Below are positions 31,598 to 41,023 of a DNA stretch of 64,000 bases, in pieces (positions within the stretch are counted from its first letter, which is position 1; each line of letters opens with the position of its first letter). The translations under genes and the position numbers were made by a program. Origin of the DNA: an uncultured Planctomycetales bacterium (GTDB taxonomy: Bacteria; Omnitrophota; Gorgyraeia; Zapsychrales; CAYRXT01); the NCBI GenBank assembly GCA_964428315.1, contig CAYRXT010000003.1, forward strand, positions 4,151-68,150. Direction: 5' to 3'. The notes under the pieces were generated by a model. The model was not told the origin of the DNA, ran no database searches, and saw only the letters and a list, made by a program, of their open reading frames with translations.

Positions 31598-33190
31598 TCA
31601 ACCTCTCCATTTACTGTCCCCCCTAGAATGACCGTACGCCATAGAATTCCTTCTACCGGGCAAACATGTCAATCGGCTGAAATTATTTTTGCCGACGTCC
31701 TCCACGTACTGTAAAAACTGGTTCTGTATGAGGGTTTTCTGTTGATGATAGGCCGCTAAAATCCGCCCGGGATAGACGGCTTTTAACTGCTCATTGTCCC
31801 TGGATTCGGCGAACGTCAAGGCCGGTCCCGCAGCAAAGGGCACGGTGGTATATTTCAGCATGTACAGATAACAAAACTTGGCCCGCAACCGCTGTTCGGT
31901 GCTCAGCCTGCGAGGAATAAACCCTTTCAAGACGGAAAAGTATTCTTCTTTGGTCCGGGGCTCTATGTTGAATCCGAGCCCGCTGAACGACGCCTCTCCC
32001 GCCAGAAGCGCGGGGATCCCCCGCAGGGCAGGCATCTCGACCCCCGGAGAGCCCAGGCAGGTCACGATCATGTCGGCCACATTCAAAACGGTCAAGGGCG
32101 TGATATCACTGTCACACGGCGCATAACGGACATGTCCCGGAGCCGTGCTCATGATTTGATTCATGTCAATGTCATGCGCAGGGTAATAAACATTGGCGGG
32201 ATGCTCCTTGAAAATCCAGTTCTTCGAAGTGTCTTTCACAGCAAACTCCAAGGTCTGCCTGAACCAGTCATAATAATCCCGGAAAATCATCCATTCAAAA
32301 TGTGAGTGGGGAAAATCGTTAAAACAATGGAGCATGACAAAGACAATCGGCCGGTGTTCCATTCCCATTTTTTTGAAAAACTCTTCTCGATTTTGTTGCT
32401 CGGGAATCTCATTATCCTCCTCCACCGGAAAGGCCCCCAGGAAGGGATTATTGGCCTGGCATATCATGTCCCGGAACTCTTCTTCTATTGTCCGGCTGAA
32501 ATTATTGACAGCGTGCTCCATTTCCTCAAAAGAGGGCTTCAAAGGATACTTGTAAACGTCCGGAAGGCCTTTGAATAACGATAGACAAATGATTCCATGG
32601 CCTCCTCCTTTCCAGTAAGCAGGGATGTTGTTCTGCAAGGCCACGCGCACAAGGGCCCCTTTATTGACCCCGACGTAGTGGGCCGTCAGGATGGCCTTGA
32701 TGTTCTCCGTTTTCAGCAGTCTTCTCGCCTGGAAGTCGCGGAAAAGCAGAGAATAGAATACAACGACCAACCGCGGATCGAAGCGGTGCAGTGTCGCGTA
32801 ACAGTAACGCGCCAGGTATCCGTCGTAAACACAATCCCCGTAAACAATCCCTTTATACCGGAAACTCAGAATCCGGTCGGAGAATACCGCGTAAGCCAAA
32901 TAAAAATAAAGCGCCCGCGAGAGAAACCCGAAAACCAGCCAAAGAGAGGGGCGCTCCCGGCGGATGAAAAGCGAGTTTCGTGAATAACTCCGCATCAGGG
33001 CCTCATCCGTGAAGTCTTCTTTCAGCCAGCCGATACGGTAATGTTTCGCGCGGGCCACAATCTTTGCCGCCACCGCGTTTGAATGGTTTATCAACACATT
33101 ATCCGAGGTCTCGACCAGAAGAACGGCGTCCTTTCCTGATTCGGGATAAGAGGCCCAAAATCGTCTGTTAGCGTCAATAAACTCAGTCAT
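31598..33190 (-). CDS. Capsule_synth (KpsS/KpsC/LpsZ-like) family protein, putative nonulosonic-acid/Kdo-type transferase
   Basis: ...PIVFVMLHCFNDFPH...NWIFKEHPANVYY... resembles the KpsS/KpsC ...Q..ND...KHHP core. Paralog of 39276..40895. Start set at M26, where the paralog alignment begins; the ORF track extends to 33265. Confidence 0.4.
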   Translation of the reverse strand: MTEFIDANRRFWASYPESGKDAVLLVETSDNVLINHSNAVAAKIVARAKHYRIGWLKEDFTDEALMRSYSRNSLFIRRERPSLWLVFGFLSRALYFYLAYAVFSDRILSFRYKGIVYGDCVYDGYLARYCYATLHRFDPRLVVVFYSLLFRDFQARRLLKTENIKAILTAHYVGVNKGALVRVALQNNIPAYWKGGGHGIICLSLFKGLPDVYKYPLKPSFEEMEHAVNNFSRTIEEEFRDMICQANNPFLGAFPVEEDNEIPEQQNREEFFKKMGMEHRPIVFVMLHCFNDFPHSHFEWMIFRDYYDWFRQTLEFAVKDTSKNWIFKEHPANVYYPAHDIDMNQIMSTAPGHVRYAPCDSDITPLTVLNVADMIVTCLGSPGVEMPALRGIPALLAGEASFSGLGFNIEPRTKEEYFSVLKGFIPRRLSTEQRLRAKFCYLYMLKYTTVPFAAGPALTFAESRDNEQLKAVYPGRILAAYHQQKTLIQNQFLQYVEDVGKNNFSRLTCLPGRRNSMAYGHSRGDSKWRG

Positions 33191-33234
33191 CTCATTGTGC
33201 GCCTTGAACGGACGACCTCCGGCCCCGTTCCGCC

Positions 33235-34140
33235 TTACATCTGGTCGTGTTGCGGTCTCAGCCATATTCCCTCTTCTGCATCTGTGCGCTCAAAGGTTTC
33301 CGGATCATACCGGCCGCGGCGCATCCGGCGCTGTTTGAGGCGTTCGCTGGGAGAAGGCGTCTTCTCTCCTGAACCCAGGGCTCCTTCAAGCGACCGGATT
33401 GTCCCGACCATCGAGCGGAACTCTTCCATGGTCATGGAGAAACCGTGATCCGGCCCCGGACCGCCCCTCTCGAAGGTGACATGCTTTTCGATGCAAGTCC
33501 CGCCCAAGGCGACCGCCGAGACGGGGACAAGATCCCCCGGCGTATGGTCCGAGATTCCGACCGGCAGGCCAAAAGTCTCTTTGAGCGTCAGCACGGCCCG
33601 CAGGTTCATCTCGTCAAACTTCGGCGGATACTGGCTGACGCAATGCAGAAGCGTAATATCTCCGGCGCCGGCCTCACGCAGCGTATCGAGAGCGTTCCGT
33701 ATGTCGTCCAGGCCGCTCGCGCCGGTCGACAGGATCACCTTTTTCTGTGTCCTTCCGACCGCCTCCAGGAGCGGCGAAAACGTGATATCACCCGCCGCGA
33801 TCTTGTAGGTTTTGACCCCCACCCGCTCCAGCAGGTCCACGGCCTTCAGAAAAAAAGGCGTCGAGATGAATTCGATGCCCGTCTGGTCGGCCGTCTTCTT
33901 CAGTTCGAAATGCCACTCCTCAGGCAGTTCGAGGCTGGAAAACTGACTGTACACCGGGTTACGCTTCCTTTCCCCGCCTTCCCAGACGAACGGCGCCACA
34001 AGTTTTTCCTTTTTCAGCGTCTGAAACTTGACCGCATCAGCCCCGGCCTCCTTGGCCGCGACGACATAAGCCTTTGCCTTTGAAAGATCGCCGTCATAAT
34101 TCGATCCCACCTCCGCAATGATCCGGACATGCTGTTTCAC
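33235..34140 (-). CDS. pseI: N-acylneuraminate/pseudaminic acid synthase family (NeuB/PseI-like), short C-terminus
   Basis: RIIAEVGSNYDGDLSKAKAYVVAAKEAGADAVKFQT is the NeuB TIM-barrel N-terminus. The C-terminal SAF/AFP-like domain looks truncated (ends ...GIWLRPQHDQM). Confidence 0.7.
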   Translation of the reverse strand: MKQHVRIIAEVGSNYDGDLSKAKAYVVAAKEAGADAVKFQTLKKEKLVAPFVWEGGERKRNPVYSQFSSLELPEEWHFELKKTADQTGIEFISTPFFLKAVDLLERVGVKTYKIAAGDITFSPLLEAVGRTQKKVILSTGASGLDDIRNALDTLREAGAGDITLLHCVSQYPPKFDEMNLRAVLTLKETFGLPVGISDHTPGDLVPVSAVALGGTCIEKHVTFERGGPGPDHGFSMTMEEFRSMVGTIRSLEGALGSGEKTPSPSERLKQRRMRRGRYDPETFERTDAEEGIWLRPQHDQM

Positions 34141-35189
34141 TGTTTGACTCCGCTTAGCGTCCCGATAAGGAGATCGCTCACACAGCCGGTTCCGTTCCCG
34201 TCGACCAATTGCCTCCCTCTCGCCGACATGGCCCGCCTGCGCTGTCCGTTATTCAGCAGGGACTTAACGGTGCGGACAATCTTCCGGCCGTCCAGCTGTT
34301 CGACGGCTCCAAGATAGACGGCGGTACCCATAGCGTGCCAGGCCTCGCAATTCGGTTTCTGATTGCCGGCGATTTGAATGATACAGGCGGGAACACCCAG
34401 GGCCGCGGCCTCGAACGACGTTATTCCCCCGGCGATCAAGGCCAGATCCGCGTCCGCCATGCATTCGGCCACGTCCGGCGTATCGATAAGAATCCGAACC
34501 CTCAATTCCGGATGCCTTTTCACCCATAACTCGACGGCTTCCCTTCCGGGATTGAGAGAACTCAAAAGGACAACGTATTCCATGCGGGTTTCCAGGGAAC
34601 TGAGGGCCTCTAAACATAAAAGGGCGGCTCCCCGGTCATCACCTCCTCCGAAGGTCAGAAGAATGCGTTCCGGCTTCCGCCGGCATGCGTACCGTGTCCT
34701 GGCCGCGGCGAATTCCGGACGAAGGAGGGCGTATTGCGGACCGACCAGCAACCGCGTTTCCCTTCTTCGCAGATACGGCCGGTAATCCTGTTCACTGAAT
34801 ACGGGACTGGCGTTGAAGACCCAGTCAGCCCAAAGGTCCTTGTGGGGTCTTCCGTCGAACTGCAGCCATCTCACCCCGGCCGAAAGAAGTTCCATTTGAT
34901 AGTCCGCGTCCGTGCGGTAATGGTCGACAACGGCCGCATCGATGTCCCATGTCCGAAAAAGCCCGGCCAGCCTTTGCGCATCTTCGAAAGGGTCTGTCCG
35001 CCAATCCATATGTTCCCACTGCCGCACGGTTTCGGCAAGGAGGCCTTCCAGCGCCATGTCCTCATCGCGGCACAAAAAGAATATCCCGGCGCCGTTGCGC
35101 CGGAGTTCACCGGCGAGCGCGAGACAGCGCCGCAAATGTCCTGTGCCCAGGGATGGAGAAACATCACAACGGAAAAGGAATCGTTTCAT
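34137..35189 (-). CDS. pseG: UDP-2,4-diacetamido-2,4,6-trideoxy-beta-L-altropyranose hydrolase (PseG-like, MurG-type GT-B)
   Basis: MKRFLFRCDVSPSLGTGHLRRCLALAGEL is the PseG N-terminal signature. About 350 aa. Confidence 0.65.
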   Translation of the reverse strand: MKRFLFRCDVSPSLGTGHLRRCLALAGELRRNGAGIFFLCRDEDMALEGLLAETVRQWEHMDWRTDPFEDAQRLAGLFRTWDIDAAVVDHYRTDADYQMELLSAGVRWLQFDGRPHKDLWADWVFNASPVFSEQDYRPYLRRRETRLLVGPQYALLRPEFAAARTRYACRRKPERILLTFGGGDDRGAALLCLEALSSLETRMEYVVLLSSLNPGREAVELWVKRHPELRVRILIDTPDVAECMADADLALIAGGITSFEAAALGVPACIIQIAGNQKPNCEAWHAMGTAVYLGAVEQLDGRKIVRTVKSLLNNGQRRRAMSARGRQLVDGNGTGCVSDLLIGTLSGVKQ

Positions 35190-36088
35190 TCCATTCTTTC
35201 TTTTTTCAGGAATTTCATCATGTTCATCTGATGATCAATAGCGAAATGACCTGATACCTTTTTGTTTTGGGGGACATCTTTTATAACAATACTACCCGCC
35301 ATGACCATTGCCCCCTTTCCGACGGTTACATATTCACGAATAACCGCGGAACTCCCAATCCAAGCCGCATCTCCGATGACGGCCTTGCGTGCCAAGACAC
35401 AATTATTGGAAATAACGCAGTTTTTGCCGATCTGCACTTCATGCCCAATACTTGACCTAATGCCAATGAGAGAATGATCTCCGATTGACGTTAAGAGTGT
35501 CGGATGAATCGAACGGGCGATAACGGCCTGGCTGAGAATTGTCACGTTACGCCCCACATGCACCCCTCCTCCATGTCGCACAGGATAAATGTCCCCATCC
35601 TCCTTCAGATAGAGCAATCCGTCTGTTCCGACAACCGCCCCCGCGTCAATTCTGGCATTATCACCGATGACGACCTCATCTTTGATGACGACATTCGCCT
35701 CAATCGTAACATTATTTCCGATCTTAGACTTCTTGGACAGGATAGCCGAAGGATGTATACAACAATTTTTCCCAACCCCATAAATAATATCTGACGGCAT
35801 GAGGTTATGACTCAGCAATTGATGATGGATGCGATAGAAACAGTTTCTTGGGTATTCGGCAACAACAACACCTTTTTTCGGGGCAACATCCTTAGAAAGA
35901 CTTTTTGTCGTCACAACACAACTGACCCGATCATTCTTGTTTGCCGCTTTAACATAAAAAATAGTGTCACAATAAACCAAGGTGCCGGCACAGGAAGTCT
36001 GCACATGCCCCAATGTCATAAACTGACCATCGCGGACGATTTCGGCTTTTGAAAAAAAATCTGATAACCGCATTTTTCTTGCCTTCAA
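35186..36088 (-). CDS. LpxD-like hexapeptide-repeat (left-handed beta-helix) N-acyltransferase
   Basis: Long run of [LIV]G.N..I hexapeptide repeats after a ~100-aa N-terminal domain, which is LpxD-like architecture. Immediately downstream of the ACP and the KAS III. Confidence 0.6.
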   Translation of the reverse strand: MKARKMRLSDFFSKAEIVRDGQFMTLGHVQTSCAGTLVYCDTIFYVKAANKNDRVSCVVTTKSLSKDVAPKKGVVVAEYPRNCFYRIHHQLLSHNLMPSDIIYGVGKNCCIHPSAILSKKSKIGNNVTIEANVVIKDEVVIGDNARIDAGAVVGTDGLLYLKEDGDIYPVRHGGGVHVGRNVTILSQAVIARSIHPTLLTSIGDHSLIGIRSSIGHEVQIGKNCVISNNCVLARKAVIGDAAWIGSSAVIREYVTVGKGAMVMAGSIVIKDVPQNKKVSGHFAIDHQMNMMKFLKKERME

Positions 36089-36342
36089 GTCGATGTCTTC
36101 TTGCCAGCCTCGGCCTTAACATACTCCATGATAGCATTCAATGAATTCAGCCTGTCGATGTCATTTTCGGGAATATCAGACAATCCAAATTTTTCCTGAA
36201 CATTCAAAAATAAAGTCATGACATCCAGAGAATCAATGCCGAGTTCACTTAGCCGGCGCTCCCAGTTCGCCTCATCGGCCAGCATGTCCGTTGATACAAA
36301 CTCTCCGACCATTTCCGCAATCTTTTGTTTAATGTCCTGCAT
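36085..36342 (-). CDS. acyl carrier protein (dedicated)
   Basis: 85 aa with ...LGIDSLDVMTL..., where the Ser of DSL is the phosphopantetheine attachment motif. Confidence 0.75.
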   Translation of the reverse strand: MQDIKQKIAEMVGEFVSTDMLADEANWERRLSELGIDSLDVMTLFLNVQEKFGLSDIPENDIDRLNSLNAIMEYVKAEAGKKTST

Positions 36343-36352
36343 AATCCTCTCC

Positions 36353-37279
36353 TTAGTTTTTTCTTGTTAACAGACCGCTTGCCCATGAAAGCCCAACACC
36401 AAAACCGCAGAGAACAACTTTTTCAATGTCATTACGCGATGCGTACTTCTCCAAAACTAACGGGATGGAAGAAGAAATCGTATTCCCGCATTCGCTCATC
36501 AGCAAAGGCACTTTTTCTTCCGGAAGGCTCATACGTTTGCGTAACCGATCGATGATATATTTGCTTCCTTGATGGAAAATAAACAGATCGATTTCATCCA
36601 AGCCCAGCCCTTCTTTTTCCAAGAGGCCCTGCACTTGGAGGGGCACCTCGACGGCCGAAAAATTGAAAATAGCCCGTCCATTCATATAAAGGGACTCTCT
36701 CCGGTTATGTAAAACTCCCGCTTCCTTTCCCCTGCTCGCAAAACGAAAGGTTTTCGGGGCCCATATCCCTTGTCCTTCCCGCAAAAATGTTACGGTCGCG
36801 GCGTCCCCGAATAACAAAGCAGTATTCTTCTCCAACGGATCAACCGTTTTCGAATACGGATCGGCCGTAAAGAGAAGCCCCTTTCTGAAACCGTGCGCCT
36901 CCATAAAGGCCTTAACGATGGATAACGTATACACATATCCCGAACACCCCAGGGAAATATCAAAGCAAGCGCATGTTTCAGGCAAGTCAAGCTTGCCGTG
37001 TACGACCGCTGATGTATGCGGGATGCCGTGGCCATCGGGGTTTTGCGTACAGACTACAAGGCATTCGATATCCATACCAGTATCTGTCGTTGCTCGCAGC
37101 CGCTCAAAGGCCTTCACACACAAATCCGACGTATCCTCTTCAAGGGCCTTCTGTGAAACCGCATGGACACCTAATTTATCCCTTATGAAATTATCGTCGA
37201 TTTCAAAAAGACCCTTGCGGTCAAAATTTGAAATTCTGTGTTCGGGAATATAGCTATTGATCGCGGCGATGATAATCAT
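36353..37279 (-). CDS. 3-oxoacyl-ACP synthase III (FabH-like KAS III)
   Basis: Catalytic Cys in ISLGCSGYVY, His in FHQGS and Asn in CGNTISSS. 308 aa. Confidence 0.75.
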   Translation of the reverse strand: MIIIAAINSYIPEHRISNFDRKGLFEIDDNFIRDKLGVHAVSQKALEEDTSDLCVKAFERLRATTDTGMDIECLVVCTQNPDGHGIPHTSAVVHGKLDLPETCACFDISLGCSGYVYTLSIVKAFMEAHGFRKGLLFTADPYSKTVDPLEKNTALLFGDAATVTFLREGQGIWAPKTFRFASRGKEAGVLHNRRESLYMNGRAIFNFSAVEVPLQVQGLLEKEGLGLDEIDLFIFHQGSKYIIDRLRKRMSLPEEKVPLLMSECGNTISSSIPLVLEKYASRNDIEKVVLCGFGVGLSWASGLLTRKN

Positions 37280-37887
37280 TTCAGAACTTGTGAGAAATAG
37301 ATATGCCCGATTATGCCCCCATCGACAATCACCAACGATTTTGTCATCCGGAAAGCGAAATTCTGCGCCAACCTGACCTCGAACTTAGTCTTATCGTCTT
37401 CTCTCAATAACCGGTTCAATTCAAGCCGCGTAAAAAGCCACTTTCCTTTGGCATTCGGAAAAAGCATCAAAAGGAGATGCTTGTTGATGGCGACCAGGAC
37501 CTCTATCGGATGGAAGGGCACCTCTTGGTGAATTTTGATGATCTTATCCTCGACATGTGAAACCTTGACAATATCATCTTCCGGATAGGGATAACGATCA
37601 ACAACGGGCTCGTCTGTCTCAACCAACCAACCCAAAAGGCCCTTTTCTCTGCCGGAAAAAGAGAATTCGGCACTCGGATGGGCGACAGAAGGCAGAGGCT
37701 CGCCGACTTCACCAAAGATAATCCGGCACTGATGACGTATTAATGCGTGCATGGCCATCTTAAATACTCCCGGCGACTGGTTTATTCTTGGCGCGATCAA
37801 CTCGGAAATCTCCTTGTACATGCATGGCCCGTGGACATACTCTCGTTTGCCTTTATAACGAAATTTCAGCATTTGTTCTTCCATCAA
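37276..37887 (-). CDS. hypothetical protein (no recognisable family)
   Basis: 203-aa ORF with coding-like composition, translationally coupled between the KAS III and the M28-like gene. No recognisable motif. Confidence 0.35.
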   Translation of the reverse strand: MMEEQMLKFRYKGKREYVHGPCMYKEISELIAPRINQSPGVFKMAMHALIRHQCRIIFGEVGEPLPSVAHPSAEFSFSGREKGLLGWLVETDEPVVDRYPYPEDDIVKVSHVEDKIIKIHQEVPFHPIEVLVAINKHLLLMLFPNAKGKWLFTRLELNRLLREDDKTKFEVRLAQNFAFRMTKSLVIVDGGIIGHIYFSQVLK

Positions 37888-37905
37888 AACCTCCAGATTT
37901 TTGGT

Positions 37906-39279
37906 TTACCTGTGTTTTTTTCTGCTTTTCGAGGCCGGCCTCATCAGATTCGCCCCCAATAAGTCTTCGACAGGTCTGTCAAAATATTCGATGGGATAAC
38001 CGGCCTTGTCCGCGATGTCCAACAAATCCGTCTTGCCATCGACATTCCACATCAGATGATAGTAGGCCCGAGCCCGCTTACGGGCCTCCTCCCCGCTGGC
38101 CTTCGTCGTCCCCTCTCCCACACCCAAATCAAAAGGATAGATCCCATATCCCGTGAGAAACGGTTCTACGACAAAATTTCCTTTGTAAACCTGCGTACGC
38201 TCAATGGTCGTAAGAACCTTCCAATACGCGCAAAGGGACTTGAAAAGCGCTTCCGGCTTGACGTATTCCAGGTTGTCGAGGCTCGTGTGATAAGTGGAAT
38301 ATTTTCCGGGTGGAGTACGCATGAGACTTCCCATGGGAAGGCGCACCCCGATACCATTAAACTGTCTCTCGTCCGAATAACGCTCGTTGCCGGGCAAAAC
38401 GACATAGTCATATCCTAAGCTAGCCAGGGCATGCGTAACCGCCCGGTCAAACACGGAATCCTTTTGGAAGCTGGGATTGTAATGGAACCGACCGCTTTCA
38501 TCGTCACCGAGGCAGAGCAGGACGTAGCCTCCCACGGTCTTTTTCAAACGCTCTGGGTAGTGGTAAATATACGTAACAGCCCCGATCGTCTCCGGCCAGA
38601 TGACAAGCCGGTAAGAATAACGGCGGCGGGGAAGCCTCTCCAGCATTTTGAATAGTTCAACGGCTACGGCCACACCGCTAAGATTATCATTGGCGCCGTG
38701 GGGATGGCACAGGTAGCTGGTGATCAAGACCTCCTCCTCGCTTTCACCAGGAAGAAAATATTCCCCCATGCGCAGGGCGCCGTCAAAGTGTTCCGTATCA
38801 ATACGTACCTGATAGCGCCCTGGCACAAGGGCATCCACTTGGCGTTGAGAAGCGCATAATCCCCATTTTTCGCGATAATAGGTGACTCGCAGAGGAATCG
38901 CATCGGGGAGAAGGTGATGCGATCCGATATGTTCCAATAATTCCTCACGATCCATCTCACCGCAAAAGGGTTGGCTGTAGACAAACAGATGGTAATGACA
39001 CTCTTCGAAATCCAGGATCTTCTGTCCATCTGGATCAACAACATAACTGGAATTCACTTTGAATTCTTTAGGTATAACCCAATCAAACACCCTTCTCTGG
39101 CTAGGAAATTCCTTGATCGTCAATGGTAGTTTTTTTTTAATACTTTTTAACGAAATATGAAATCCCGGTCCCAGCAATGAACGATAAAGAGGAAACAATT
39201 CAACCATAAGCTCCCACATGCTTTGGGCATTGCGATCATTGGGTTCAATCTTTTTCTTTTCCGGATTCTCCGTCTTCAC
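37906..39279 (-). CDS. M28-peptidase-fold (aminopeptidase-like, DUF4910-type) protein
   Basis: ...CHPHGANDNLSGVAVAVEL... resembles the M28 metal-ligand G-A-x-D-N-x-SG block. 457 aa. Confidence 0.4.
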   Translation of the reverse strand: MKTENPEKKKIEPNDRNAQSMWELMVELFPLYRSLLGPGFHISLKSIKKKLPLTIKEFPSQRRVFDWVIPKEFKVNSSYVVDPDGQKILDFEECHYHLFVYSQPFCGEMDREELLEHIGSHHLLPDAIPLRVTYYREKWGLCASQRQVDALVPGRYQVRIDTEHFDGALRMGEYFLPGESEEEVLITSYLCHPHGANDNLSGVAVAVELFKMLERLPRRRYSYRLVIWPETIGAVTYIYHYPERLKKTVGGYVLLCLGDDESGRFHYNPSFQKDSVFDRAVTHALASLGYDYVVLPGNERYSDERQFNGIGVRLPMGSLMRTPPGKYSTYHTSLDNLEYVKPEALFKSLCAYWKVLTTIERTQVYKGNFVVEPFLTGYGIYPFDLGVGEGTTKASGEEARKRARAYYHLMWNVDGKTDLLDIADKAGYPIEYFDRPVEDLLGANLMRPASKSRKKHR

Positions 39280-40895
39280 TTTCTCCCCTCCTTACACCCT
39301 TCTCGCAAGAATGCGTATCTGTCCAAATCTACATACTGGATTCTCATATCATCAAGAACAAAACGCGTTATTTGTTCGACTTGTTCTTTCATTTTTTTGA
39401 CGTGTTCAGGTTGAAGAAACTGACGACCTGCCTTGTCCCACAAAGCACCCCCCCGCCAGTCTTTGAGAATGCAGCGGGCACCAACATGAGGACAGAAGTA
39501 ATACGTTGTGTTCTCCATTATACTGTAAAGGAAATAGGTCATAACCTTGGCGGCCCGTATCTGTCCAGCGTTCAACGGTTTCAATGCCCTAATCTGTTTG
39601 AGATAATTGCAAAATTCTTCGACGTTGGGCGGTTCGATCGTGAATCCGTGTCCTCCGTACCGGCCTTCTGTTGTCAGGACACACGGTATGCCATAGGCCG
39701 AAAATTCAAGCCCTGCGGTTCCTGTCCCCGTCACAATCGCGTGTGCGATATAGCGTAATGAGCTTGTATTGAAATCGGCTTCCGCATCGAGAAATCGGAT
39801 ATGCTCGCACGCAACGCGCGACATAATTCCATTCAAATCGATATCTTTTGTCGGATAATATCTCTGTGTAGGATGTTCCTTGAATATCCAGTTGACCTCT
39901 TTGACATTTCGGGCAATATCCAACGTTTTCATGAAGAGATGATAATAATCCGTAAATAACATGCGGCGGGGATAACTCCAGTGGGGATTGTCGTTAAAGG
40001 CATGCAGCATGACGAAAACAAGAGGCTTGCGGTCATCCAGGTCGTAATCTTTATAAAAAGATTCCGGGGAAGTATAAAGTTTTTTTTCGGGATTGAAGGC
40101 CAGGGCGGCGTCTATGCGCCCCACGCCTCCTGTGAGCCTTTTTTCAAGATACTCATCAGCCGCACGCTCAACCGTTCCGTCATCGTTTTCCATCATAAGA
40201 GAAAAATACTCGGGAATGGGTGATGTGGGATGACGGGTGGAATCATCCATGGTGCGGTATTTTTTTATGAGCAACTGATGAGAACCGACTCGATTCAAAA
40301 TCTCGATACCCTCACGAATAATATGCTTCGCGATAATACTACCTTTTGGCCCCATCAACTGGCTTAAGACGGCAATTTTTATCGGGTAAACATGCAAAAT
40401 GCGCTTGATGGCATCCCGCGTCAGGTAGATACTAACCAGCGCGCGCAACACTTTTCCATCGATGCGATGAATCGTTGCGTAACCGTAGGATAGAACGGCA
40501 TCGTAGATGACATTTCCTATTACAATGTCGTCTACTCGCAGCTCCAGAATATCACCAGGTGTCTTTAAAGAGCGAAAAACGCGGTAGGCTTTCCAGGCCG
40601 CTCTTAACTTTGACAACCGAAAAGGCCATCCTGCCAGATAAACAAACTCAGCCTGCGGATAGGTTTCGAGTATTTGTTTAACCGGCGTCTTCACTGTATC
40701 CCTGATGGCAAACAGGGGCTTGACACCTTTGGCCTGCGCGACGATCATGCCGAAAGAGGCGTTGCACAGATCGATCACGTCGTGGCCCGTGGTCTCAATA
40801 TAAACGTATCCGTCCACCTCTTCCGGCGGGGAATACCGGCTCCAGAACTTATTGTTCTCCTGCATAAACAGTATTTGGGATGGCGTCAACGGCAT
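39276..40895 (-). CDS. Capsule_synth (KpsS/KpsC/LpsZ-like) family protein, paralog
   Basis: ...PLVFVMLHAFNDNPH...NWIFKEHPTQRYY... is the same conserved core as 31598..33190. The ORF track extends to 41027. Confidence 0.4.
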   Translation of the reverse strand: MPLTPSQILFMQENNKFWSRYSPPEEVDGYVYIETTGHDVIDLCNASFGMIVAQAKGVKPLFAIRDTVKTPVKQILETYPQAEFVYLAGWPFRLSKLRAAWKAYRVFRSLKTPGDILELRVDDIVIGNVIYDAVLSYGYATIHRIDGKVLRALVSIYLTRDAIKRILHVYPIKIAVLSQLMGPKGSIIAKHIIREGIEILNRVGSHQLLIKKYRTMDDSTRHPTSPIPEYFSLMMENDDGTVERAADEYLEKRLTGGVGRIDAALAFNPEKKLYTSPESFYKDYDLDDRKPLVFVMLHAFNDNPHWSYPRRMLFTDYYHLFMKTLDIARNVKEVNWIFKEHPTQRYYPTKDIDLNGIMSRVACEHIRFLDAEADFNTSSLRYIAHAIVTGTGTAGLEFSAYGIPCVLTTEGRYGGHGFTIEPPNVEEFCNYLKQIRALKPLNAGQIRAAKVMTYFLYSIMENTTYYFCPHVGARCILKDWRGGALWDKAGRQFLQPEHVKKMKEQVEQITRFVLDDMRIQYVDLDRYAFLREGCKEGRK

Positions 40896-41023
40896 AGGAA
40901 CAAACCTGTGGAGACACTCTTGCCACAGCTTCACGGCCCGGCACCGCGCCGCTCTCAAGACGGATGCGGGGGGCCAACGGCCTCCCCCTCTCTCCTCAGC
41001 ATGCCTGTTTGGACCTTTGGTTT

